DNA of 64,000 bases, taken from assembly GCA_020720765.1 (NCBI GenBank), contig DYOB01000002.1, forward strand, positions 11,039-75,038. Direction: 5' to 3'. The notes under the pieces are model-generated. The model was given only the letters and a program-made list of their open reading frames with translations. It ran no database searches and was not told the DNA's origin. The stretch comes from Borreliella garinii. GTDB taxonomy: Bacteria; Spirochaetota; Spirochaetia; JABEVK01. Shown one piece after another: positions 37,802 to 47,041 of the stretch. Made by a program: the position numbers and the translations under genes. Each line of letters starts with the position of its first letter. Position 1 is the stretch's first letter.

Positions 37802-39087
37802 TTTCAATAACAACATTTGCTCAAACTCGTGAAAAAACACTCGAAGTCTTGCAGTTTGGACTCGAACCACAAATCCTGGAAACTTTAAACTCACTTGCTC
37901 AAATGAAGGACGACAGTTTTCAGGACCAGGTTTTTTTACTCTTATCCCAAGACTACCACAGAAACATTCAAGAGGCCGCTCTAAGGTATTTTTCGGAAAT
38001 CCGTTCACCCAGGGCAGCCGAGGCCTTGCCGGGAATGATTGAAGACCTTGAAACATGGCAAATAGGTCAACTTCTTACCTTTACCAATTATCTCGGGGAA
38101 TTGAAAATTGTGACGCTGAACCAGGAACTCGTCAAGAAGCTTGATTCCGATAACCTTGCCATGAATGCAGCCATCATCCGCCTCTTCGGAAAGCTGAATG
38201 CCGTCGAATTTTCTGATAAACTTTTAGCTTTACTAGCTGACCCTTTAGAACCTCCCGAATTGACACCCGATTTAATAACCTCCTTGGGTCAATTGCACCA
38301 TACACCTGCGTCCGAAGAAATTATTCGAATCATGGAAGACAGCGCAACGTCTTACGCCTTAAAAGCTTTATGTCTAACCGCTCTTGCTGAAATTGGTGGA
38401 ACCAATGCAGAAACAGCAGTTAGGGAAAGACTGAGCGATGATAACGCTTTGGTTAAGGCTTCTGCCATCAGAGCTGCTGCCAAGATTCCTTCCTTATCCT
38501 CCAACGCTGATATCTTTATACGTGCCTTGCGAGATTCTACAGTGGGTGTAAGGATAGCTGCAGCGGAAGCTCTAGCGGAAAAACCTTCGGCTTCGGCCTT
38601 GCCCATGCTTCTTTTTAGAGCCCAGAATGATCCTGACGCAAAAGTTCAGGCTGCGGCACTCAAAGCGATTCTCGCTCAGGACCGGGGTGAATGGGAAAAA
38701 CTAATTCTTAATACTATTGAAAACCAGAAAAGTAATTCAGAGCTTTGGCACTCTTCGGTTAAACTTGCCCTGGATAACAGGTTAGGTTCGGCTATTCCAA
38801 AGTTCAGGGCCTTCTTAATATCTGAGGCGTCCATGACCAACTCGCCCCTTGTAGGGTATCTAGCAGGACAAATTTCTTTAACTACCTGGGAAGGTCCCGA
38901 TGAGTTGTATCCCGAGTTTTTTACGATGAACAACCCGTCGGCTCAAATACTTATTTTAAGAATAATTCAAAGAAGGCGGCTAGTAGGTATGAGTGACCAG
39001 ATGAAAGAGTGGGCAAGGGGGACTAGGTCCTCGCAAGTCCGGATCTTTATCGATAACCTTCTAAAGGAATGGACACCAGTCCCTTAA
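37771..39087 (+). CDS. Secreted HEAT-repeat protein (PBS-lyase-type HEAT repeats).
   Basis: Multiple HEAT-like repeats (VRIAAAEALAEKPSASALPMLL..., VKASAIRAAAKIP, VQAAALKAIL). It most likely starts at TTG 37771, giving the signal peptide MGKIRYIFFLISITTFAQT. The longer ORF from 37714 overlaps murJ. Confidence 0.6.
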   Translation: MGKIRYIFFLISITTFAQTREKTLEVLQFGLEPQILETLNSLAQMKDDSFQDQVFLLLSQDYHRNIQEAALRYFSEIRSPRAAEALPGMIEDLETWQIGQLLTFTNYLGELKIVTLNQELVKKLDSDNLAMNAAIIRLFGKLNAVEFSDKLLALLADPLEPPELTPDLITSLGQLHHTPASEEIIRIMEDSATSYALKALCLTALAEIGGTNAETAVRERLSDDNALVKASAIRAAAKIPSLSSNADIFIRALRDSTVGVRIAAAEALAEKPSASALPMLLFRAQNDPDAKVQAAALKAILAQDRGEWEKLILNTIENQKSNSELWHSSVKLALDNRLGSAIPKFRAFLISEASMTNSPLVGYLAGQISLTTWEGPDELYPEFFTMNNPSAQILILRIIQRRRLVGMSDQMKEWARGTRSSQVRIFIDNLLKEWTPVP

Positions 39088-40682
39088 ACTCGGGTTTTAC
39101 CAAGTTTTTGAAGGAAGAGTTTGAACTTATCAGCTTCTGAAACGTATCTCTTCATTAAGATGTGAAGAGATTTTTTCTGGTGTTGGTTCCAAATGATCTC
39201 TTCTCCTTCGCAGATGAAAGCTTGGTCGCCAAAAGAACAGCCTTCTACCAAGGGCTTAAACCAAAGTTTACCGTTTTCAAAATAGAATTCTCCCAGTGCA
39301 GGAGTATTTTGGATCCGTATGGGTACACCTTTTATATCACCTAAAACTTTCCTTTCCTGGTCATGAAATTTAAACAGGCCACGTCCGCCGGCTGTGTTTT
39401 GAAAGAGAAAATCATCCGTCCATAGTTCTAAATAATAAACATTCTCTTCGGATCCCAGGTTCGCAGGTGCAGAACGTGAGACAGGTGCGACTGTCTGTCT
39501 TTTTTCTATTCGTGCTGATGGTTGTTTTGAAATCGAGGTTGCTACACTTGAGGTTCTTGTCGCGTTGGTTGTGCTCGCATTTCTTGCTGTACTTGCCGTT
39601 CTTTGGTTTTCTATTCGTTTTCTTGCTAGGGCTGGAGATACATAATGACCGGGTTGGGCACGGTGTTGAACAAGGCGGACAAAGAGGAAGATCATCAACG
39701 CAACTAAGAGAATTGCGACAATAATTAAAATGACAATCTGTGGAGAAATCGAGCCACCGTCTTCTCCAGTATAATTCAAAGGAAGTCTCACTTTATCTGG
39801 GAAAGCTCTGAAATTATCCTCAAAACCCAGCTCCACAAGCAAATCTAGATTTCCAGGTACTGCAGGTGCGTTTTTCCAGTATAAGGAAAGTGTGACGCTT
39901 TTAGAGGAATTCGGCGAAACAGAAATAGTTGTCGGATTATCGAGGACGGAATCACCGTTAATCTTCACAGAATTGAGTTTAAGCACCATTCCATCACCGT
40001 TGAAATTTTCCACCTTTATGGGAAAAGTTATATTTCGGCCCTGTATACCCAAGTCAGAAGGGAAGGTAATTCTAGGGCTACCGAGAAACCTGTTCGCAAA
40101 CTCGGGAGAATTTTCGAAAGCGGTTACAGGAAGTCGGGAAGACCAAAGTTGATTGAGGTCAAACTCAGGTTGTGCACCATCAAAAGGAATAAGAGCAATT
40201 TTAAAACTCCAACGATTTCTGTTGGCTTGCGTTAGAAAACGTTCAAGGGAATCCTTCCATTTTTTCTCTTCAGAACCTCCTGGACTCTTGCCATCCATAA
40301 TAAGAACGATGACCTTACTTTTATCATTTGCAAGCGATTGTATATAATCGAAGGTAAAGTTCATCGTTTTGGGTAGATCGGGAAGTACCGTTTCTGCTGG
40401 AACGCGGTTTAAATTGATAAGAAAATTTTCTATTTCATTCTTATCAAAAACTATCTGACGGTACATCTGGCGCGGATCATTTGCCATCCCGATAAGGTGA
40501 AACTCATCAAGTTTTTGACTCTTTAGATAATCTTTCAAAATAACGTTCAGAAAGACACTCATAATATTATTTCTTGAACTTTCAAGAATCGGCCCGAGGT
40601 CAAGAACCACGATAAAATCTTTAGGTTCCGCAAAAGCTGGGAGAACGTTGAGTAGTGCCAGTAACAGAAATCCCTTTTTCAT
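39084..40682 (-). CDS. Bitopic membrane protein with a signal peptide, a periplasmic degenerate VWA-like domain, one TM helix, a Ser/Thr/Ala-rich linker and a cytoplasmic C-terminal domain that weakly resembles FHA.
   Basis: 532 aa. Signal MKKGFLLLALLNVLPAFA; DFIVVLDLGPILESS...KVIVLIMDGKSPGG (a VWA-like beta-alpha pattern without a canonical MIDAS site); TM helix IVILIIVAILLVALMIFLFVRLV; low-complexity linker RTASTARNASTTNATRTSSVATS. Its start overlaps the greA stop by 4 nt. Confidence 0.55.
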   Translation of the reverse strand: MKKGFLLLALLNVLPAFAEPKDFIVVLDLGPILESSRNNIMSVFLNVILKDYLKSQKLDEFHLIGMANDPRQMYRQIVFDKNEIENFLINLNRVPAETVLPDLPKTMNFTFDYIQSLANDKSKVIVLIMDGKSPGGSEEKKWKDSLERFLTQANRNRWSFKIALIPFDGAQPEFDLNQLWSSRLPVTAFENSPEFANRFLGSPRITFPSDLGIQGRNITFPIKVENFNGDGMVLKLNSVKINGDSVLDNPTTISVSPNSSKSVTLSLYWKNAPAVPGNLDLLVELGFEDNFRAFPDKVRLPLNYTGEDGGSISPQIVILIIVAILLVALMIFLFVRLVQHRAQPGHYVSPALARKRIENQRTASTARNASTTNATRTSSVATSISKQPSARIEKRQTVAPVSRSAPANLGSEENVYYLELWTDDFLFQNTAGGRGLFKFHDQERKVLGDIKGVPIRIQNTPALGEFYFENGKLWFKPLVEGCSFGDQAFICEGEEIIWNQHQKKSLHILMKRYVSEADKFKLFLQKLGKTRV

Positions 40683-43378
40683 AAGAATTCCGCCTTTTCA
40701 ATTTTTATAACTTGATAGTCACAAAGTCTTTCATTAATGGTAAATTTGAGTTCATCACCTTTTTTATTACCGAGAAGTTTATCGCCAAGGGGTGATAAGT
40801 AAGAAATGATATTGTCTTCAGGTTTTGATTCCCAGGGACCTAAAATGATAAATATCTCTTCCTGGTTGGTGAGTTTATTAAGTAGAACTGCACGAACTCC
40901 GAAAACTATTTTTTCCATATCAACATCTGCCGGGTCAATTACGGTTGCTGTTTCCAAATCACGGCTGAGCTGGCTGACAGTTGAATTGAGGAAACCTTGC
41001 TTTTCTTTTGCGGCGTGGTATTCAGCGTTTTCTTTAAGATCTCCCAAGGCCATAGCTTCACCGATTTCCTTGGAATTCTGTGGAATTTCAACATCCACAA
41101 GGTGTGAAAGCTCCTTGCTCTTTTTATTATACATGGCACGTGTCGTCAGTAAGCCTTTTCTGCTTGCTATGCTTCGTGTCGAACTGTCTTCACGTTGAAT
41201 AAGATGGGGGAATTTCAGACCGACTTTCTGACGGAGAAGGTTGGTTTCGTTCGCTGGTATTTCTTTAATATCCTGAACTAAGGTAAAAATACGCAAGACA
41301 CTTTCCTCGGAGGCTTCATCTAGGTAGGTTTCCATCAATTTGTCTTTCAAGAGGATGATGAGAATATTTTTATGTTGTCGTTTGGCGCTTGTCAGTTCTT
41401 TTTTATTCGCAATTTCCCTTCCAACCTGTTCAAGAATGTTTAAAAGGTTGATGATGACCTTCTCCTTTGAAATGGAGTAGGTTTCCCAGGAAACATTTTC
41501 CATTAAATACCGGGCGAGCCATATAAGTGCTTCTTTTTGTTCCCTGAACCTATCCATGATATTTCGGAAAAGTTTCACAACGAAGGTTTTCTTCCCGTTG
41601 CTCAAAAGTTCTTCGATCATACTTTTAGCGGGTGCAATCATGATTAGACGTATATAGTACTCTGGCCAATTCTCAAGTTCTTTCCTGATATTGGAAAGGA
41701 AGAGCCTTTTTATCTCGGTATTTTTCATATTTCGGTAAATGTCTTCGAGATTCTCGATTTCAGCAAAATATTCTTTAAAGGTCTTATTGATAGGAAGGTT
41801 TAAAAAGGCATATTTCTTTGAAAGCCTTTCAAGGATTAAAAAAGCACTTAAGACTTCGTCGTTAACTTTGTTGAGTTTTAGATAGCCGACAAAGCTGTTA
41901 AAAATCTCGGAAAAAAAGTCGGTTTCAACTTTATCGTCCTCAACCATCTCTTCAAGAATCTCGATGCGTTTGTAGAAATCCTTTTCAACTCTAAACTTGT
42001 TGTAGGCTTTCTCTTCAAAGGTAACAGGTTGGCTCCGCACCATAAAGAAGTCGGGTTTGTCTGGGTCAACGGCGTAATCCGGACTTTTCTTCAGAAGGGT
42101 CCTGGCGTGCGAACTCCAGTTGGTCCACTCTGAGGTCGTCAAAATTGAAGGAGTCAATGCCGCACGTATGATCTTAAAGTCGGCATTATTCCCGAAGGAG
42201 CGTATAATGGTTTTTAACGCCCAATCGTGGTCTTCCTTGATCTTCTTTTTCAAGTCATCTTTTTTTGTGACGGCAATTTTTACACGTATATCCTCGGTCG
42301 AAAGGTTCTGCAGAGCTTCAACAGCCATTTTTTGAGCCATAGTATGCCCTCGCCTTTTCTCGAAGTCGATAACGAATTCCTGTTCTTTTTCGCGTATTTC
42401 AGAAATTCTTCCGACACCCCAAGTATTATGAAATACAAAGTTACCTTTAGCAAAGGCCAGGTGCTTTTGAAAATCCCGCATAGCTTCATCCATACTTCGG
42501 AAGGACTGCGAAAGACCTGAAAGGCGGATGTAGTCTTCGATTTTAGGGTTATCATGGTATTTCTTTTTTAGGATTTCTATGATCTCCCTTCTCACAAAGG
42601 CAGTCTTCCCTTCGTGTGTCTGCATTCTCATTAAGATTTCCAGTGCGTTATCAAAAGCTTGATTTTTCAAAGCTACCGGGTAAAGCCCTTCTAATAGGAC
42701 TAAGGATCTTTCCTTATCCCACCCTAATGTTTTACTCACTTTTGTTTCTATCTGCGCAAAATATTCGTATTCGTTAGGAATAAGGTCTAGAAGTTTGTTC
42801 CAAACATCCAAGAGCCTTGCAAAGTTTTTCTTTAAAAGAAAACGATGGATAGCTTTTTTGTAAAATTCAGTGGATTTGGAAGGATCACCGGTTTTATCGT
42901 ATTTTTGGGCTAGCAGAAGAACGGTTTCGGCGTCTTCCATATCAACGCGTACAAGCCTCTCTTCAAGTTCGGTAACTTTTTCTTCATTACCTTCCTGGCG
43001 GTAAAGGTCTACAAGAGTTTTAAGGGCAAACTTATTTTCACCTGAGTCAAGAATATTTTTACACAAATGTTCAACAAGACTTGTTTTCTGGTTTTGACTG
43101 AACAGCGATACAAGTTTTATTAGCTGGGAATCGTCGAGACTCTGGCGTTTTAAACTGATCATCCCCGAAAAATACATCGCAGCTATGGTGCTTTTGTTTT
43201 CCTGGAGGTGTTCTTCACAGAGTTGAAAAACCTCGGATACATTGTCACTGTTGAGAATTTCCTGGAAGATGGATTCTAATTCTTTTAGGTGTCCCAAGTT
43301 GTAAGTGGCAATGGTGGCCCTGGTCCATTTTTCCTCGTGAAGCAGTCCGTTTATTTTATCCAACACTGAATCCGCCAT
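40679..43378 (-). CDS. greA: Long spirochete-type transcription elongation factor GreA: an N-terminal domain of about 740 aa with unknown function, followed by a canonical C-terminal GreA domain.
   Basis: 899 aa. The C-terminus carries the GreA coiled-coil and FKBP-like motifs (EAMALGDLKENAEYHAAKEKQGFLNSTVSQL...VIDP; KIVFGVRAVLL...GDELKF...YQVIKIE). The N-terminal 700+ aa is helical/TPR-like and I recognise no family in it. Confidence 0.8.
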   Translation of the reverse strand: MADSVLDKINGLLHEEKWTRATIATYNLGHLKELESIFQEILNSDNVSEVFQLCEEHLQENKSTIAAMYFSGMISLKRQSLDDSQLIKLVSLFSQNQKTSLVEHLCKNILDSGENKFALKTLVDLYRQEGNEEKVTELEERLVRVDMEDAETVLLLAQKYDKTGDPSKSTEFYKKAIHRFLLKKNFARLLDVWNKLLDLIPNEYEYFAQIETKVSKTLGWDKERSLVLLEGLYPVALKNQAFDNALEILMRMQTHEGKTAFVRREIIEILKKKYHDNPKIEDYIRLSGLSQSFRSMDEAMRDFQKHLAFAKGNFVFHNTWGVGRISEIREKEQEFVIDFEKRRGHTMAQKMAVEALQNLSTEDIRVKIAVTKKDDLKKKIKEDHDWALKTIIRSFGNNADFKIIRAALTPSILTTSEWTNWSSHARTLLKKSPDYAVDPDKPDFFMVRSQPVTFEEKAYNKFRVEKDFYKRIEILEEMVEDDKVETDFFSEIFNSFVGYLKLNKVNDEVLSAFLILERLSKKYAFLNLPINKTFKEYFAEIENLEDIYRNMKNTEIKRLFLSNIRKELENWPEYYIRLIMIAPAKSMIEELLSNGKKTFVVKLFRNIMDRFREQKEALIWLARYLMENVSWETYSISKEKVIINLLNILEQVGREIANKKELTSAKRQHKNILIILLKDKLMETYLDEASEESVLRIFTLVQDIKEIPANETNLLRQKVGLKFPHLIQREDSSTRSIASRKGLLTTRAMYNKKSKELSHLVDVEIPQNSKEIGEAMALGDLKENAEYHAAKEKQGFLNSTVSQLSRDLETATVIDPADVDMEKIVFGVRAVLLNKLTNQEEIFIILGPWESKPEDNIISYLSPLGDKLLGNKKGDELKFTINERLCDYQVIKIEKAEFL

Positions 43379-43387
43379 GTCTTTCTC

Positions 43388-44356
43388 CTAGTTTTTTGTA
43401 TAGAGCTGATAAATGTCAGGCTCAATCATTTTCATATTCAACAAAATCTCTTCCCACTTGCTCCGGTCTTCTTTTGTGTCACGATAATGATCCAGAAGCC
43501 AGAAATAACGGTTCAACAACCGTGGCAGTACTAAACTTTCGACAGATCTGTAGGCTGTCCATTCCAGTTTGAGGTTTGTGACCTCCTGTTTTAATCTGGA
43601 AATTTCCAAAGGCTTGAGGTCTCTTCGTGTTTGGAATAGCCCGAGAAGAACACCGTAAACCGGAATCCATTCCTTGAGCTGATCCTGTTTGAATTTTTTC
43701 TCCGTCAAATAATTCCTGATGGTTGAGATCATCGGTGACAGTAAAAAATCCAAAGCTATTTTTTGCGCTCCTATAAAAAAAGCTTCGCGAAAAAGCAATT
43801 TTGCCGGTTCGGTTTGAGACATCATATCGAGACAGTCCGCTGTTTCTGATAAAAATTCTGCGTCCTCCTTGAACGAGTCCTCCGTCGTACTTTCAAAAAT
43901 CTGAAGAGCCTTTTTATAGTCTCCCATCTGTTTTTGGCAACGCCCAATATTCATCAAAATCAGAAACTTTTCCTTTGGATCTGACTCGTTGGCTAAAGCC
44001 TCTTGATAATCCTCGAGGGCTTTTCCAAAAATAAAATACCTTAAGTGGTAAAGATTCTCCTCAAAATCAGCTCCCAACCTCGGAAGATAGCGGTGACGGA
44101 AACCCGCGTATTCCTGAAAGAGGAAATCCGCCCTTTCTTTCGGGCTACGAATAAGGTCCCATTCTTCCATCTTGGGTTTCCAATAGACAGCGCTATGCAG
44201 GGCTGAAAGGGCCAGGAGGTTGTCAAAATCCTGACTACGGAGTTCAGCCGCCAGACGCTCAGCCTCAGGAAAATCACCCGAACGGAACGCTTCGTAAATT
44301 GCCCTTATGTGCGGCCTCCTGACATTTTCGAGAATACCACTTTTTATTATAACCAT
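43388..44356 (-). CDS. Hypothetical TPR-like helical protein, the first gene of the greA operon.
   Basis: 322-aa helical repeat protein. It lies 10 bp upstream of greA on the same strand and diverges from rpe. Confidence 0.5.
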   Translation of the reverse strand: MVIIKSGILENVRRPHIRAIYEAFRSGDFPEAERLAAELRSQDFDNLLALSALHSAVYWKPKMEEWDLIRSPKERADFLFQEYAGFRHRYLPRLGADFEENLYHLRYFIFGKALEDYQEALANESDPKEKFLILMNIGRCQKQMGDYKKALQIFESTTEDSFKEDAEFLSETADCLDMMSQTEPAKLLFREAFFIGAQKIALDFLLSPMISTIRNYLTEKKFKQDQLKEWIPVYGVLLGLFQTRRDLKPLEISRLKQEVTNLKLEWTAYRSVESLVLPRLLNRYFWLLDHYRDTKEDRSKWEEILLNMKMIEPDIYQLYTKN

Positions 44357-44443
44357 TGATTAAATAAGGTCAATCACGGAAAAACACAGGGAACACTTGA
44401 CGAGAAGGATGATTTAACAGAATAATTTGTCCATGGTTGGCCT

Positions 44444-45088
44444 ATGCTTTTAATCGCACCTTCAGTATTATCTGCGGATTTCTCCAACGTAGAAAAAGCT
44501 ATTCAAAAAATATCGGAGTCGGGAGCGGATCTTATCCATTACGATGTGATGGATGGGGATTTTGTACCCCCCATCACATTCGGGAGTCAGTTTATTGAAC
44601 AGGCTCAAAAAAAGACCAAACTTGACGCAGATGTTCATTTGATGATCTCAAAGCCTTGGAAACATTTTGCCTCCTTTGCCAAATCCGGTGCCAAATACCT
44701 GACTTTTCATTACGAGGCGGCTGTTCATCACCACCGTCACTTGCAGGAAATCCAGGCTTTAGGAATCAAGGCTGGAATATCTATCGTTCCATCAACCCCG
44801 GTATCCGTACTTTCAGAACTCTTACCGTTTTTAGACCTCATTCTTATCATGTCGGTGAATCCAGGTTATGGTGGACAGAGTTTTCTTCCATTCTGCCTAA
44901 GAAAAATACAATATTTGGCTGAAAATAAAGAAAAAAACGGGTATTCTTATCTTATCAGCGTAGATGGTGGAATCAATGAAAAAACTGCTGTGGAGGCCCG
45001 GCTTGCCGGTGCCGATATACTAGTGACAGGGTCGAGTTTTTTTAACTCGGATCATCCGGCAGATTTAATAAGCAGGTTGAGAAAATGA
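44444..45088 (+). CDS. rpe: Ribulose-phosphate 3-epimerase.
   Basis: 214 aa with Rpe motifs (IAPSVLSADF, IHYDVMDGDFVP, VDGGIN). Confidence 0.9.
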   Translation: MLLIAPSVLSADFSNVEKAIQKISESGADLIHYDVMDGDFVPPITFGSQFIEQAQKKTKLDADVHLMISKPWKHFASFAKSGAKYLTFHYEAAVHHHRHLQEIQALGIKAGISIVPSTPVSVLSELLPFLDLILIMSVNPGYGGQSFLPFCLRKIQYLAENKEKNGYSYLISVDGGINEKTAVEARLAGADILVTGSSFFNSDHPADLISRLRK

Positions 45089-46005
45089 AATATAGACTGA
45101 GTTTAGCGGTATTTTTTTTGGGTTTCAGCACTTTTGCTCAAACAAATTCTTCCTTTGATTTGGGGCAGAGATTGTACTCCCAATCCGATTTTACCGGAGC
45201 AAGAAATGTTTTTCAAAACATACTCAATACCCCTAGCCAATCCTTGATCCATGGTTCGTCGCTCCTTTGGCTTGCAAAAACAGAAATGGCCCTTAGGTCA
45301 TTCGACCAGGCTTCGCAGGCACTCGAGACTTTTCTTAGTAAGTATCCCAGGCACCCCTCTTATAATGAAGCCCTTTATGAAAAAGGCCGTTTATTCTTTT
45401 ACCAGGATGAGTTTGAAAATTCGATCTTGATCCTCGATGAGTTCCTAAAAACCCAGCCAGGACCCGAACTGGGGTCGAATGCCCTTTTCTGGATGGGTGA
45501 AGATAGTTTCCAATTGGGCAGATGGGAAGAATCACAGGTTTTCTTCCGAAGGGTTATCGAGTTTTATCCTTCGAGCTATAAAGTGGAAGCCTCGAGGTAC
45601 AGGCTATCCATGATTGAGCTGAAAATCCGTGAAGAAGAACTCTTAAGACTCCTGAAGTGGAGTCATGAAGAAATTCTCAATGCCCTTGACGAATTCAGGA
45701 GAAGGGAGCGCGCTTATCAGCAAGCTATCCAAGCTTATCAAAAACGTATCCTGGAACTCGAGAGCGGGTCGGATCAATCCGTACGTATCAGACAGCTTGA
45801 AGAAGAACTAAGACTTGCAAGGCTCAATGCCTCCCCAAGTGGTCAAAGGATTCTGTCTCCAGCTACTCCGGCAACGACCCAGACCCAACCAACTGCTGCT
45901 CCAAATCAAACTCTGCTCAGAAGCCTTCAAGAACTCAGGGCTCAGGCGGAAGAACTGAAGAAAATATATGATGAATGGGAGGCTATCCATGCCGACGGCC
46001 GTTAA
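45085..46005 (+). CDS. Secreted TPR-repeat protein with a C-terminal coiled coil, similar to CpoB/YbgF.
   Basis: 306 aa with a signal peptide, TPR repeats (ALYEKGRLFFYQDEFENSILILDEFLK..., ALFWMGEDSFQLGRWEESQVFFRRVIEFYP) and a Gln/Glu/Arg-rich coiled-coil tail. Confidence 0.55.
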   Translation: MKYRLSLAVFFLGFSTFAQTNSSFDLGQRLYSQSDFTGARNVFQNILNTPSQSLIHGSSLLWLAKTEMALRSFDQASQALETFLSKYPRHPSYNEALYEKGRLFFYQDEFENSILILDEFLKTQPGPELGSNALFWMGEDSFQLGRWEESQVFFRRVIEFYPSSYKVEASRYRLSMIELKIREEELLRLLKWSHEEILNALDEFRRRERAYQQAIQAYQKRILELESGSDQSVRIRQLEEELRLARLNASPSGQRILSPATPATTQTQPTAAPNQTLLRSLQELRAQAEELKKIYDEWEAIHADGR

Positions 46006-47029
46006 ACTTCTGGTTTTTCTTTTACTCTCCATAAACGCTTTTTCCCTGGACTTTGTAAGGGGTAAAATGAAAGTCGCTGTAGACGAAAATAAAGGACTTT
46101 TCAGTATTTATTACACGGAGGAAATTAACCCTCCCAGATGGGTTCCGCTTATTTGGGCAAGGGACCCCAGTACAAGCCTGATTACTTTACGCATCAATAA
46201 CAGGACGATGCCCTTGGCTGTTGGTTCCCAGTTTCAAATGACGGTAAACCAGGAAACCAACGGTGTGCTTATTGCCTGGAAAAATGTCGACATCGAGGTC
46301 AATCAACGTTTTGAATTTCTCACATCCAGGAACAGTTCTGTTTCAGACGGTGTCAGACTTTCCCTTGAGTTTCGAAATCTTAAAGAAGAACCCATGAACC
46401 TCGACGTGAGGTTTCTTATGGATACCTATTTAGGCGAACAGAAGAACCATTTTATGGTGAATAATGTTCCGCAAAATAAAGAGTGGAGGATCATCGGACG
46501 TACATCAACTTCATGGATAAGCCCGAGGTCGGAAGAAAACCCCACCGTGGGTCTTATGGTTTGGCTTGGTGATGGGGCGACAACGCCGACACGGACAATA
46601 TTCGCCAACTGGAAAAGACTTAAAGATTCGCCCTGGGACCCTTCGTTTAGCGAAGGGAGGGATTTCAATAATATTCCCTATTCTAATAACGATTCTGCAG
46701 CAAGTATTTTCTATGAAGGTTTGATTATTCCTTCCAAGTCTTCACAAACCTTAATTATTGCCATGTCAAACCTCACTGCGGGAAGTCTTATCGGAGCAAA
46801 GATCGGTACTGAATCGGTCTTCCAGGATATGTTGGAAAGCACTGTCGAGGCAGGAAACAATGTTTCTGATCTTTTGATTCTCCTCAGGCGCGATAGGGAA
46901 GTGGTTTCGGACCTACTAAGAAAAATTGACCAGGGAATACTGAATATCAGGGATTTTTCGGAAGAAGATTTAAGAATGCTGAATACGATATTTCAGCAGC
47001 TCGAACAGAGAAAAGACGCCTTCCAGTGA
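45968..47029 (+). CDS. Hypothetical secreted protein.
   Basis: 353 aa with a signal peptide (MPTAVKLLVFLLLSINAFS); I recognise no family. It overlaps the upstream gene end, so the start may be the Met at 45989. Confidence 0.5.
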   Translation: MMNGRLSMPTAVKLLVFLLLSINAFSLDFVRGKMKVAVDENKGLFSIYYTEEINPPRWVPLIWARDPSTSLITLRINNRTMPLAVGSQFQMTVNQETNGVLIAWKNVDIEVNQRFEFLTSRNSSVSDGVRLSLEFRNLKEEPMNLDVRFLMDTYLGEQKNHFMVNNVPQNKEWRIIGRTSTSWISPRSEENPTVGLMVWLGDGATTPTRTIFANWKRLKDSPWDPSFSEGRDFNNIPYSNNDSAASIFYEGLIIPSKSSQTLIIAMSNLTAGSLIGAKIGTESVFQDMLESTVEAGNNVSDLLILLRRDREVVSDLLRKIDQGILNIRDFSEEDLRMLNTIFQQLEQRKDAFQ

Positions 47030-47041
47030 CCGGAAACGTCT

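Noticed and set aside
44357-44443. Checked the largest intergenic gap (87 bp, between divergent genes) and all other gaps for tRNA, ncRNA or CRISPR-like structure.
   Set aside because: No gap is long enough, or has cloverleaf or repeat-spacer structure. The gaps contain only promoter-like AT-rich sequence; a TTGACG ... GAATAA element lies upstream of rpe.
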